Origin: the human T2T-CHM13v2.0 reference genome, Homo sapiens
NCBI RefSeq assembly: GCF_009914755.1
Contig: NC_060933.1
Length of the DNA stretch: 64,000 bases
Reading direction: 5' to 3' (one strand)
A model generated the notes under the pieces. The model was not told where the DNA came from and searched no databases. It was given only the letters and a program-made list of their open reading frames with translations. Positions 25,701-40,000 of the stretch are shown piece after piece. Positions within the stretch are counted from its first letter, which is position 1, and every line of letters starts with the position of its first letter. Made by a program: the position numbers and the translations under genes.

Positions 25701-28700
25701 GTGCTGTATGTCCTCAATTAACAGAGTTGAACCTTTGTGTGGATACAGCATTTTGGAAACATTCCTTTAGTAGAATCTGCAAGTTGATATTTAGATAGCT
25801 AGGAAGATTTCCTTGGAAACGGGAATATCTTCATATAAAATCTAGACGGAAGCATTCTCAGAAAGTGCTTTGTGATGTTTGCATTCAAGTCACAGAGTTG
25901 AATATTCCCTTTTATAGAGCAGGTTTGAAGCACTCTTTCTGCACTACCTGGAAGTGGACATTTGGAGGGCTTTGAGGCCTATGTTGAAAAAGGAAATATC
26001 TTCCCATAAAAACTAGACAGAAGCATTCTCAGAAACTTGTTTGTGATGTGTGTATTCAACTAACAGAGATGAACCTTTCTTTTTACAGAGCAGTTTTGAA
26101 ACACTCTTTTTGTGGAATCTGAAAGTGGATATTTGGATAGCTTTGAGGATTTCGTTGGAAACGGGATTACATATAAAACCTAGAGAGAAGCATTCTCAGG
26201 AACTACTTTGTGATGTTTGCCTTCAAGTCACAGGACTGAACATTCCCTTTCATAGAGCAGGTTTGAAACACTCTTTCTGTAGTATCTGCAAGCTGACGTT
26301 TCATGCGCTTTCAGGCCTATGGTGAGAAAGGAAATATCTTCAAGTAAAAACTAGACAGAAGCATTCTCAGAAACTTATTTGCCATGTGTGTTCTCAACTA
26401 ACAGAGTTGAACCTTTGTTTTGATGCGGCATTTTGGAAACACTCTTTTTGTAGAATCTGCAGGAGGATATTCGGATAGCTTTGAAGGTTTCGTTGGAAAC
26501 GGGAATATCTTCATATAAAATCTAGACGGAAGCATTCTCAGAAAGTGCTTTGTGATGTTTGCATTCAAGTCACAGAGTTGAATATTCCCTTTTATAGAGC
26601 AGGTTTGAAACACTCTTTCTGCACTACCTGGAAGTGGACATTTGGAGCGCTTTGAGGCCTATGTTGAAAAAGGAAATATCTTCCCATAAAAACTAGACAG
26701 AAGCATTCTCAGAAACTTGTTTGTGATGTGTGTATTCAACTAACAGAGATGAACCTTTCTTTTTACAGAGCAGTTTTGAAACACTCTTTTTGTGGAATCT
26801 GAAAGTGGATATTTGGATAGCTTTGAGGATTTCGTTGGAAACGGGATTACATATAAAACCTAGAGAGAAGCATTCTCAGGAACTTCTTTGTGATGTTTGC
26901 CTTCAAGTCACAGGACTGAACATTCCCTTTCATAGAGCAGGTTTGAAACACTCTTTCTGTAGTATCTGCAAGCTGACGTTTCATGCGCTTTCAGGCCTAT
27001 GGTGAGAAAGGAAATATCTTCAAGTAAAAACTAGACAGAAGCATTGTCAGAAACTTATTTGCCATGTGTGTTCTCAACTAACAGAGTTGAACCTTTGTTT
27101 TGATACGGCATTTTGGAAACACTCTTTTTGTAGAATCTGCAGGTGGATATTCGGATAGCTTTGAAGGTTTCGTTGGAAACGGGAATATCTTCATATAAAA
27201 TCTAGACGGAAGCATTCTCAGAAACTGCTTTGTGATGTTTTCATTCAAGTCACAGTGTAGAATGTTCCCTGTTATATACCAGGTTTGAGACACTCTTTCT
27301 GCACTACCTGGAAGTGGACGTTTGGAGCGCTTTGAGGCCTATGTTGAAAAAGGAAATATCTTCCCATAAAAACTAGACAGAAGCATTCTCAGAAACTTGT
27401 TTCTGATGTGTGTATTCAACTAACAGAGATGAACCTTTCTTTTTACAGAGTAGTTTTGAAACACTCTTTTTGTGGAATCTGAAAGTGGATATTTGGATAG
27501 CTTTGCGGATTTCGTTGGAAACGGGATTACATATAAAATCTAGGGAGAAGCATTCTCAGGAACTTCTTTGTGATGTTTGCATTCAAGTCACAGAACTGAA
27601 CATTCCCTTTCATAGAGCAGGTTTGAAACACTCTTTCTGTAGTATCTGCAAGTGGACGTTTCAAGCGCTTTCAGGCCTGTGGTGAAAAAGGAAATATCTT
27701 CAAATAAAAACTAGACAGAAGCATTCTCAGAAACTTATTTGCGATGTGTGTTCTCAGCTAAGAGAGTTGAACCTTTGTTTTGATACAGCATTTTGGAAAC
27801 ACTCTTTTTGTAGGATCTGCAGGTGGATATTTGGATAGCTTTGAAGGTTTCTTTGGAAACGGGAATATCTTCATATAATATCAAGACAGAAGCATTCTCA
27901 GAAACTTCTCTGTTCTGTTTGCATTCAACTCATAGAGTTGAACACTTCCTTTCATACAGCAGGTTTGAAACACTCTTTTTCTAATATTTGGAAGTGGACA
28001 TTTGCAGCGCTTTGAGGCCTATGTTGAAAAAGGAAATATCTTCTCCTAAAAACCAGACAGAAGCATTCTCAGAAACTTCCTTGTGATGTGTGTACTCAAG
28101 TAACAGAGTTGAACCTTCCTTTTGACAGAGCAGTTTTGAAGCACTCTTTTTGTAGAATCTGCAAGTGGATATTTTGATACCTTTGAGGATTTCGTTGGAC
28201 ACGGGATATCTTCATATAAAATCTAGACAGAAGCATTCTCAGAAACTTCTTTGTGCTGTATGTCCTCAATTAACAGAGTTGAACCTTTGTGTGGATACAG
28301 CATTTTGGAAACATTCCTTTAGTAGAATCTGCAAGTTGATATTTAGATAGCTAGGAAGATTTCCTTGGAAACGGGAATATCTTCATATAAAATCTAGACG
28401 GAAGCATTCTCAGAAAGTGCTTTGTGATGTTTGCATTCAAGTCACAGAGTTGAATATTCCCTTTTATAGAGTAGGTTTGAAACACTCTTTCTGCACTACC
28501 TGGAAGTGGACATTTGGAGCGCTTTGAGGCCTATGTTGAAAAAGGAAATATCTTCCCATAAAAACTAGACAGAAGCATTCTCAGAAACTTGTTTGTGATG
28601 TGTGTATTCAACTAACAGAGATGAACCTTTCTTTTTACAGAGCAGTTTTGGAACACTCTTTTTGTGGAATCTGAAAGTGGATATTTGGATAGCTTTGAGG

Positions 28701-31700
28701 ATTTCGTTGGAAACGGGATTACATATAAAACCTAGAGAGAAGCATTCTCAGGAACTTCTTTGTGATGTTTGCCTTCAAGTCACAGGACTGAACATTCCCT
28801 TTCATAGAGCAGGTTTGAAACACTCTTTCTGTAGTATCTGCAAGCTGACGTTTCATGCGCTTTCAGGCCTATGGTGAGAAAGGAAATATCTTCAAGTAAA
28901 AACTAGACAGAAGCATTGTCAGAAACTTATTTGCCATGTGTGTTCTCAACTAACAGAGTTGAACCTTTGTTTTGATACGGCATTTTGGAAACACTCTTTT
29001 TGTAGAATCTGCAGGTGGATATTCGGATAGCTTTGAAGGTTTCGTTGGAAACGGGAATATCTTCATATAAAATCTAGACGGAAGCATTCTCAGAAACTGC
29101 TTTGTGATGTTTTCATTCAAGTCACAGTGTAGAATGTTCCCTGTTATATACCAGGTTTGAGACACTCTTTCTGCACTACCTGGAAGTGGACGTTTGGAGC
29201 GCTTTGAGGCCTATGTTGAAAAAGGAAATATCTTCCCATAAAATCAAGACAGAAGCATTCTCAGAAACTTCTCTGTGATGTTTGCATTCAACTCATAGAG
29301 TTGAACACTTCCCTTCATACAGCAGGTTTGAAACACTCTTTTTCTAATATTTGGAAGTGGACATTTGCAGCGCTTTGAGGCCTATGTTGAAAAAGGAAAT
29401 ATCTTCCCCTAAAAACCAGACAGAAGCATTCTCAGAAACTTCCTTGTGATGTGTGTACTCAAGTAACAGAGTTGAACCTTCCTTTTGACAGAGCAGTTTT
29501 GAAGCACTCTTTTTGTAGAATCTGCAAGTGGATATTTTGATACCTCTGAGGATTTCGTTGGAAACGGGATTACATATAAAACCTAGAGAGAAGCATTCTC
29601 AGGAACTTCTTTGTGATGTTGGCCTTCAAGTCACAGGACTGAACATTCCCTTTCATAGAGCAGGTTTGAAACACTCTTTCTGTAGTATCTGCAAGCTGAC
29701 GTTTCAAGCGCTTTCAGGCCTATGGTGAGAAAGGAAATATCTTCAAGTAAAAACTAGACAGAAGCATTCTCAGAAACTTATTTGCCATGTGTGTTCTCAA
29801 CTAACAGAGTTGAACCTTTGTTTTGATACGGCATTTTGGAAACACTCTTTTTGTAGAATCTGCAGGTGGATATTCGGATAGCTTTGAAGGTTTCGTTGGA
29901 AACGGGAATATCTTCATATAAAATCTAGACGGAAGCATTCTCAGAAACTGCTTTGTGATGTTTTCATTCAAGTCACAGAGTAGAATGTTCCCTGTTATAT
30001 ACCAGGTTTGAGACACTCTTTCTGCACTACCTGGAAGTGGACGTTTGGAGCGCTTTGAGGCGTATGTTGAAAAAGGAAATATCTTCCCATAAAAACTAGA
30101 CAGAAGCATTCTCAGAAACTTGTTTGTGATGTGTGTATTCAACTAACAGAGATGAACCTTTCTTTTTACAGAGCAGTTTTGAAACACTCTTTTTGTGGAA
30201 TCTGAAAGTGGATATTTGGATAGCTTTGAGGATTTCGTTGGAAACGGGATTACATATAAAATCTAGAGAGAAGCATTCTCAGGAACTTCTTTGTGATGTT
30301 TGCATTCACGTCACTGAACTGAACATTCCCTTTCATAGAGCATGTTTGAAACACTCTTTCTGTAGTATCTGCAAACGGACATTTCAAACGCTTTCAGGCC
30401 TATGGTGAGAAAGGAAATATCTTCAAATAAAAACTAGACAGAAGCATTCTCAGAAACTTATTTGCGATGTGTGTCCTCAACTAACAGAGTTGAACCTTTC
30501 TTTTGATACAACATTTTGGAACCACTCTTTTTGTAGAATCTGCAAGTGGATATTTGGATAGCTTTGAAGGTTTCGTTGGAAACGGGAATATCTTCATATA
30601 AAATCAAGACAGAAGCATTCTCAGAAACTTCCCTGTGATGTTTGCATTCAACTCATAGAGTTGAACACTTCCCTTCATACAGCAGGTTTGAAACACTCTT
30701 TTTCTAATATTTGGAAGTGGACATTTGCAGCGCTTTGAGGCCTAAGTTGAAAAAGGAAATATCTTCTCCTAAAAACCAGACAGAAGCATTCTCAGAAACT
30801 TCCTTGTGATGTGTGTACTCAAGTAACAGAGTTGAACCTTCCTTTTGACAGAGCAGTTTGGAAGCACTCTTTTTGTAGAATCTGCAAGTGGATATTTTGA
30901 TACCTTTGAGGATTTCGTTGGACACGGGATATCTTCATATAAAATCTAGACAGAAGCATTCTCAGAAACTTCTTTGTGCTGTATGTCCTCAATTAACAGA
31001 GTTGAACCTTTGTGTGGATACAGCATTTTGGAAACATTCCTTTAGTAGAATCTGCAAGTTGATATTTAGATAGCTAGGAAGATTTCCTTGGAAACGGGAA
31101 TATCTTCATATAAAATCTAGACGGAAGCATTCTCAGAAAGTGCTTTGTGATGTTTGCATTCAAGTCACAGAGTTGAATATTCCCTTTTATAGAGCAGGTT
31201 TGAAGCACTCTTTCTGCACTACCTGGAAGTGGACATTTGGAGGGCTTTGAGGCCTATGTTGAAAAAGGAAATATCTTCCCATAAAAACTAGACAGAAGCA
31301 TTCTCAGAAACTTGTTTGTGATGTGTGTATTCAACTAACAGAGATGAACCTTTCTTTTTACAGAGCAGTTTTGAAACACTCTTTTTGTGGAATCTGAAAG
31401 TGGATATTTGGATAGCTTTGAGGATTTCGTTGGAAACGGGATTACATATAAAACCTAGAGAGAAGCATTCTCAGGAACTACTTTGTGATGTTTGCCTTCA
31501 AGTCACAGGACTGAACATTCCCTTTCATAGAGCAGGTTTGAAACACTCTTTCTGTAGTATCTGCAAGCTGACGTTTCATGCGCTTTCAGGCCTATGGTGA
31601 GAAAGGAAATATCTTCAAGTAAAAACTAGACAGAAGCATTCTCAGAAACTTATTTGCCATGTGTGTTCTCAACTAACAGAGTTGAACCTTTGTTTTGATG

Positions 31701-34062
31701 CGGCATTTTGGAAACACTCTTTTTGTAGAATCTGCAGGAGGATATTCGGATAGCTTTGAAGGTTTCGTTGGAAACGGGAATATCTTCATATAAAATCTAG
31801 ACGGAAGCATTCTCAGAAAGTGCTTTGTGATGTTTGCATTCAAGTCACAGAGTTGAATATTCCCTTTTATAGAGCAGGTTTGAAACACTCTTTCTGCACT
31901 ACCTGGAAGTGGACATTTGGAGCGCTTTGAGGCCTATGTTGAAAAAGGAAATATCTTCCCATAAAAACTAGACAGAAGCATTCTCAGAAACTTGTTTGTG
32001 ATGTGTGTATTCAACTAACAGAGATGAACCTTTCTTTTTACAGAGCAGTTTTGAAACACTCTTTTTGTGGAATCTGAAAGTGGATATTTGGATAGCTTTG
32101 AGGATTTCGTTGGAAACGGGATTACATATAAAACCTAGAGAGAAGCATTCTCAGGAACTTCTTTGTGATGTTTGCCTTCAAGTCACAGGACTGAACATTC
32201 CCTTTCATAGAGCAGGTTTGAAACACTCTTTCTGTAGTATCTGCAAGCTGACGTTTCATGCGCTTTCAGGCCTATGGTGAGAAAGGAAATATCTTCAAGT
32301 AAAAACTAGACAGAAGCATTGTCAGAAACTTATTTGCCATGTGTGTTCTCAACTAACAGAGTTGAACCTTTGTTTTGATACGGCATTTTGGAAACACTCT
32401 TTTTGTAGAATCTGCAGGTGGATATTCGGATAGCTTTGAAGGTTTCGTTGGAAACGGGAATATCTTCATATAAAATCTAGACGGAAGCATTCTCAGAAAC
32501 TGCTTTGTGATGTTTTCATTCAAGTCACAGTGTAGAATGTTCCCTGTTATATACCAGGTTTGAGACACTCTTTCTGCACTACCTGGAAGTGGACGTTTGG
32601 AGCGCTTTGAGGCCTATGTTGAAAAAGGAAATATCTTCCCATAAAAACTAGACAGAAGCATTCTCAGAAACTTGTTTCTGATGTGTGTATTCAACTAACA
32701 GAGATGAACCTTTCTTTTTACAGAGTAGTTTTGAAACACTCTTTTTGTGGAATCTGAAAGTGGATATTTGGATAGCTTTGCGGATTTCGTTGGAAACGGG
32801 ATTACATATAAAATCTAGGGAGAAGCATTCTCAGGAACTTCTTTGTGATGTTTGCATTCAAGTCACAGAACTGAACATTCCCTTTCATAGAGCAGGTTTG
32901 AAACACTCTTTCTGTAGTATCTGCAAGTGGACGTTTCAAGCGCTTTCAGGCCTGTGGTGAAAAAGGAAATATCTTCAAATAAAAACTAGACAGAAGCATT
33001 CTCAGAAACTTATTTGCGATGTGTGTTCTCAGCTAAGAGAGTTGAACCTTTGTTTTGATACAGCATTTTGGAAACACTCTTTTTGTAGGATCTGCAGGTG
33101 GATATTTGGATAGCTTTGAAGGTTTCTTTGGAAACGGGAATATCTTCATATAATATCAAGACAGAAGCATTCTCAGAAACTTCTCTGTTCTGTTTGCATT
33201 CAACTCATAGAGTTGAACACTTCCTTTCATACAGCAGGTTTGAAACACTCTTTTTCTAATATTTGGAAGTGGACATTTGCAGCGCTTTGAGGCCTATGTT
33301 GAAAAAGGAAATATCTTCTCCTAAAAACCAGACAGAAGCATTCTCAGAAACTTCCTTGTGATGTGTGTACTCAAGTAACAGAGTTGAACCTTCCTTTTGA
33401 CAGAGCAGTTTTGAAGCACTCTTTTTGTAGAATCTGCAAGTGGATATTTTGATACCTTTGAGGATTTCGTTGGACACGGGATATCTTCATATAAAATCTA
33501 GACAGAAGCATTCTCAGAAACTTCTTTGTGCTGTATGTCCTCAATTAACAGAGTTGAACCTTTGTGTGGATACAGCATTTTGGAAACATTCCTTTAGTAG
33601 AATCTGCAAGTTGATATTTAGATAGCTAGGAAGATTTCCTTGGAAACGGGAATATCTTCATATAAAATCTAGACGGAAGCATTCTCAGAAAGTGCTTTGT
33701 GATGTTTGCATTCAAGTCACAGAGTTGAATATTCCCTTTTATAGAGTAGGTTTGAAACACTCTTTCTGCACTACCTGGAAGTGGACATTTGGAGCGCTTT
33801 GAGGCCTATGTTGAAAAAGGAAATATCTTCCCATAAAAACTAGACAGAAGCATTCTCAGAAACTTGTTTGTGATGTGTGTATTCAACTAACAGAGATGAA
33901 CCTTTCTTTTTACAGAGCAGTTTTGGAACACTCTTTTTGTGGAATCTGAAAGTGGATATTTGGATAGCTTTGAGGATTTCGTTGGAAACGGGATTACATA
34001 TAAAACCTAGAGAGAAGCATTCTCAGGAACTTCTTTGTGATGTTTGCCTTCAAGTCACAGGA
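21218..34062 (+). repeat. 5275-bp (31-monomer) super-repeat, ~2.4 copies
   Basis: Alternating 16-mer/15-mer units starting at 22783, 25506, 28058 and 30781; private SNVs recur at +5275. Confidence 0.9.
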
Positions 34063-37000
34063 ATGAACATTCCCTTTCATAGAGCAGGTTTGAAACACTC
34101 TTTCTGTAGTATCTGCAAGCTGACGTTTCATGCGCTTTCAGGCCTATGGTGAGAAAGGAAATATCTTCAAGTAAAAACTAGACAGAAGCATTGTCAGAAA
34201 CTTATTTGCCATGTGTGTTCTCAACTAACAGAGTTGAACCTTTGTTTTGATACGGCATTTTGGAAACACTCTTTTTGTAGAATCTGCAGGTGGATATTCG
34301 GATAGCTTTGAAGGTTTCGTTGGAAACGGGAATATCTTCATATAAAATCTAGACGGAAGCATTCTCAGAAACTGCTTTGTGATGTTTTCATTCAAGTCAC
34401 AGTGTAGAATGTTCCCTGTTATATACCAGGTTTGAGACACTCTTTCTGCACTACCTGGAAGTGGACGTTTGGAGCGCTTTGAGGCCTATGTTGAAAAAGG
34501 AAATATCTTCCCATAAAATCAAGACAGAAGCATTCTCAGAAACTTCTCTGTGATGTTTGCATTCAACTCATAGAGTTGAACACTTCCCTTCATACAGCAG
34601 GTTTGAAACACTCTTTTTCTAATATTTGGAAGTGGACATTTGCAGCGCTTTGAGGCCTATGTTGAAAAAGGAAATATCTTCCCCTAAAAACCAGACAGAA
34701 GCATTCTCAGAAACTTCCTTGTGATGTGTGTACTCAAGTAACAGAGTTGAGCCTTCCTTTTGACAGAGCAGTTTTGAAGCACTCTTTTTGTAGAATCTGC
34801 AAGTGGATATTTTGATACCTCTGAGGATTTCGTTGGAAACGGGATTACATATAAAACCTAGAGAGAAGCATTCTCAGGAACTTCTTTGTGATGTTGGCCT
34901 TCAAGTCACAGGACTGAACATTCCCTTTCATAGAGCAGGTTTGAAACACTCTTTCTGTAGTATCTGCAAGCTGACGTTTCAAGCGCTTTCAGGCCTATGG
35001 TGAGAAAGGAAATATCTTCAAGTAAAAACTAGACAGAAGCATTCTCAGAAACTTATTTGCCATGTGTGTTCTCAACTAACAGAGTTGAACCTTTGTTTTG
35101 ATACGGCATTTTGGAAACACTCTTTTTGTAGAATCTGCAGGTGGATATTCGGATAGCTTTGAAGGTTTCGTTGGAAACGGGAATATCTTCATATAAAATC
35201 TAGACGGAAGCATTCTCAGAAACTGCTTTGTGATGTTTTCATTCAAGTCACAGAGTAGAATGTTCCCTGTTATATACCAGGTTTGAGACACTCTTTCTGC
35301 ACTACCTGGAAGTGGACGTTTGGAGCGCTTTGAGGCCTATGTTGAAAAAGGAAATATCTTCCCATAAAAACTAGACAGAAGCATTCTCAGAAACTTGTTT
35401 GTGATGTGTGTATTCAACTAACAGAGATGAACCTTTCTTTTTACAGAGCAGTTTTGAAACACTCTTTTTGTGGAATCTGAAAGTGGATATTTGGATAGCT
35501 TTGAGGATTTCATTGGAAACGGGATTACATATAAAATCTAGGGAGAAGCATTCTCAGGAACTTCTTTGTGATGTTTGCATTCAAGTCACAGAACTGAACA
35601 TTCCCTTTCATAGAGCAGGTTTGAAACACTCTTTCTGTAGTATCTGCAAGCGGACGTTTCAAGCGCTTTCAGGCCTGTGGTGAAAAAGGAAATATCTTCA
35701 AATAAAAACTAGACAGAAGCATTCTCAGAAACTTATTTGCGATGTGTGTTCTCAGCTAACAGAGTTGAACATTTGTTTTGATACAGCATTTTGGAAACAC
35801 TCTTTTTGTAGGATCTGCAGGTGGATATTTGGATAGCTTTGAAGGTTTCTTTGGAAACGGGAATATCTTCATATAAAATCAAGACAGAAGCATTCTCAGA
35901 AACTTCTCTGTGATGTTTGCATTCAACTCATAGAGTTGAACACTTCCTTTCATAGAGCTGGTTTGAAATACTCTTTTTATAATATTTGGAAGTGGACATT
36001 TGCAGCGCTTTGAGGCCTATGTTGAAAAAGGAAATATCTTCTCCTAAAAACCAGACAGAAGCATTCTCAGAAACTTCCTTGTGATGTGTGTACTCAAGTA
36101 ACAGAGTTGAACCTTCCTTTTGACAGAGCAGTTTTGAAGCACTCTTTTTGTAGAATCTGCAAGTGGATATTTTGATACCTTTGAGGATTTCGTTGGACAC
36201 GGGATATCTTCATATAAAATCTAGACAGAAGCATTCTCAGAAACTTCTTTGTGCTGTATGTCCTCAATTAACAGAGTTGAACCTTTGTGTGGATACAGCA
36301 TTTTGGAAACATTCCTTTAGTAGAATCTGCAAGTTGATATTTAGATAGCTAGGAAGATTTCCTTGGAAACGGGAATATCTTCATATAAAATCTAGACGGA
36401 AGCATTCTCAGAAAGTGCTTTGTGATGTTTGCATTCAAGTCACAGAGTTGAATATTCCCTTTTATAGAGTAGGTTTGAAACACTCTTTCTGCACTACCTG
36501 GAAGTGGACATTTGGAGCGCTTTGAGGCCTATGTTGAAAAAGGAAATATCTTCCCATAAAAACTAGACAGAAGCATTCTCAGAAACTTGTTTGTGATGTG
36601 TGTATTCAACTAACAGAGATGAACCTTTCTTTTTACAGAGCAGTTTTGGAACACTCTTTTTGTGGAATCTGAAAGTGGATATTTGGATAGCTTTGAGGAT
36701 TTCGTTGGAAACGGGATTACATATAAAACCTAGAGAGAAGCATTCTCAGGAACTTCTTTGTGATGTTTGCCTTCAAGTCACAGGAATGAACATTCCCTTT
36801 CATAGAGCAGGTTTGAAACACTCTTTCTGTAGTATCTGCAAGCTGACGTTTCATGCGCTTTCAGGCCTATGGTGAGAAAGGAAATATCTTCAAGTAAAAA
36901 CTAGACAGAAGCATTGTCAGAAACTTATTTGCCATGTGTGTTCTCAACTAACAGAGTTGAACCTTTGTTTTGATACGGCATTTTGGAAACACTCTTTTTG

Positions 37001-40000
37001 TAGAATCTGCAGGTGGATATTCGGATAGCTTTGAAGGTTTCGTTGGAAACGGGAATATCTTCATATAAAATCTAGACGGAAGCATTCTCAGAAACTGCTT
37101 TGTGATGTTTTCATTCAAGTCACAGTGTAGAATGTTCCCTGTTATATACCAGGTTTGAGACACTCTTTCTGCACTACCTGGAAGTGGACGTTTGGAGCGC
37201 TTTGAGGCCTATGTTGAAAAAGGAAATATCTTCCCATAAAATCAAGACAGAAGCATTCTCAGAAACTTCTCTGTGATGTTTGCATTCAACTCATAGAGTT
37301 GAACACTTCCCTTCATACAGCAGGTTTGAAACACTCTTTTTCTAATATTTGGAAGTGGACATTTGCAGCGCTTTGAGGCCTATGTTGAAAAAGGAAATAT
37401 CTTCCCCTAAAAACCAGACAGAAGCATTCTCAGAAACTTCCTTGTGATGTGTGTACTCAAGTAACAGAGTTGAACCTTCCTTTTGACAGAGCAGTTTTGA
37501 AGCACTCTTTTTGTAGAATCTGCAAGTGGATATTTTGATACCTCTGAGGATTTCGTTGGAAACGGGATTACATATAAAACCTAGAGAGAAGCATTCTCAG
37601 GAACTTCTTTGTGATGTTGGCCTTCAAGTCACAGGACTGAACATTCCCTTTCATAGAGCAGGTTTGAAACACTCTTTCTGTAGTATCTGCAAGCTGACGT
37701 TTCATGCGCTTTCAGGCCTATGGTGAGAAAGGAAATATCTTCAAGTAAAAACTAGACAGAAGCATTGTCAGAAACTTATTTGCCATGTGTGTTCTCAACT
37801 AACAGAGTTGAACCTTTGTTTTGATACGGCATTTTGGAAACACTCTTTTTGTAGAATCTGCAGGTGGATATTCGGATAGCTTTGAAGGTTTCGTTGGAAA
37901 CGGGAATATCTTCATATAAAATCTAGACGGAAGCATTCTCAGAAACTGCTTTGTGATGTTTTCATTCAAGTCACAGTGTAGAATGTTCCCTGTTATATAC
38001 CAGGTTTGAGACACTCTTTCTGCACTACCTGGAAGTGGACGTTTGGAGCGCTTTGAGGCCTATGTTGAAAAAGGAAATATCTTCCCATAAAAACTAGACA
38101 GAAGCATTCTCAGAAACTTGTTTCTGATGTGTGTATTCAACTAACAGAGATGAACCTTTCTTTTTACAGAGTAGTTTTGAAACACTCTTTTTGTGGAATC
38201 TGAAAGTGGATATTTGGATAGCTTTGCGGATTTCGTTGGAAACGGGATTACATATAAAATCTAGGGAGAAGCATTCTCAGGAACTTCTTTGTGATGTTTG
38301 CATTCAAGTCACAGAACTGAACATTCCCTTTCATAGAGCAGGTTTGAAACACTCTTTCTGTAGTATCTGCAAGTGGACGTTTCAAGCGCTTTCAGGCCTG
38401 TGGTGAAAAAGGAAATATCTTCAAATAAAAACTAGACAGAAGCATTCTCAGAAACTTATTTGCGATGTGTGTTCTCAGCTAAGAGAGTTGAACCTTTGTT
38501 TTGATACAGCATTTTGGAAACACTCTTTTTGTAGGATCTGCAGGTGGATATTTGGATAGCTTTGAAGGTTTCTTTGGAAACGGGAATATCTTCATATAAT
38601 ATCAAGACAGAAGCATTCTCAGAAACTTCTCTGTTCTGTTTGCATTCAACTCATAGAGTTGAACACTTCCTTTCATACAGCAGGTTTGAAACACTCTTTT
38701 TCTAATATTTGGAAGTGGACATTTGCAGCGCTTTGAGGCCTATGTTGAAAAAGGAAATATCTTCTCCTAAAAACCAGACAGAAGCATTCTCAGAAACTTC
38801 CTTGTGATGTGTGTACTCAAGTAACAGAGTTGAACCTTCCTTTTGACAGAGCAGTTTTGAAGCACTCTTTTTGTAGAATCTGCAAGTGGATATTTTGATA
38901 CCTTTGAGGATTTCGTTGGACACGGGATATCTTCATATAAAATCTAGACAGAAGCATTCTCAGAAACTTCTTTGTGCTGTATGTCCTCAATTAACAGAGT
39001 TGAACCTTTGTGTGGATACAGCATTTTGGAAACATTCCTTTAGTAGAATCTGCAAGTTGATATTTAGATAGCTAGGAAGATTTCCTTGGAAACGGGAATA
39101 TCTTCATATAAAATCTAGACGGAAGCATTCTCAGAAAGTGCTTTGTGATGTTTGCATTCAAGTCACAGAGTTGAATATTCCCTTTTATAGAGTAGGTTTG
39201 AAACACTCTTTCTGCACTACCTGGAAGTGGACATTTGGAGCGCTTTGAGGCCTATGTTGAAAAAGGAAATATCTTCCCATAAAAACTAGACAGAAGCATT
39301 CTCAGAAACTTGTTTGTGATGTGTGTATTCAACTAACAGAGATGAACCTTTCTTTTTACAGAGCAGTTTTGGAACACTCTTTTTGTGGAATCTGAAAGTG
39401 GATATTTGGATAGCTTTGAGGATTTCGTTGGAAACGGGATTACATATAAAACCTAGAGAGAAGCATTCTCAGGAACTTCTTTGTGATGTTTGCCTTCAAG
39501 TCACAGGAATGAACATTCCCTTTCATAGAGCAGGTTTGAAACACTCTTTCTGTAGTATCTGCAAGCTGACGTTTCATGCGCTTTCAGGCCTATGGTGAGA
39601 AAGGAAATATCTTCAAGTAAAAACTAGACAGAAGCATTGTCAGAAACTTATTTGCCATGTGTGTTCTCAACTAACAGAGTTGAACCTTTGTTTTGATACG
39701 GCATTTTGGAAACACTCTTTTTGTAGAATCTGCAGGTGGATATTCGGATAGCTTTGAAGGTTTCGTTGGAAACGGGAATATCTTCATATAAAATCTAGAC
39801 GGAAGCATTCTCAGAAACTGCTTTGTGATGTTTTCATTCAAGTCACAGTGTAGAATGTTCCCTGTTATATACCAGGTTTGAGACACTCTTTCTGCACTAC
39901 CTGGAAGTGGACGTTTGGAGCGCTTTGAGGCCTATGTTGAAAAAGGAAATATCTTCCCATAAAATCAAGACAGAAGCATTCTCAGAAACTTCTCTGTGAT

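Larger units (their letters stand above)
15560..34062 (+). repeat. Large near-identical duplication, copy 1 (~18.5 kb; partner at +23143)
   Basis: Same HOR order and same diagnostic SNVs as 38703-57205. Confidence 0.85.
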
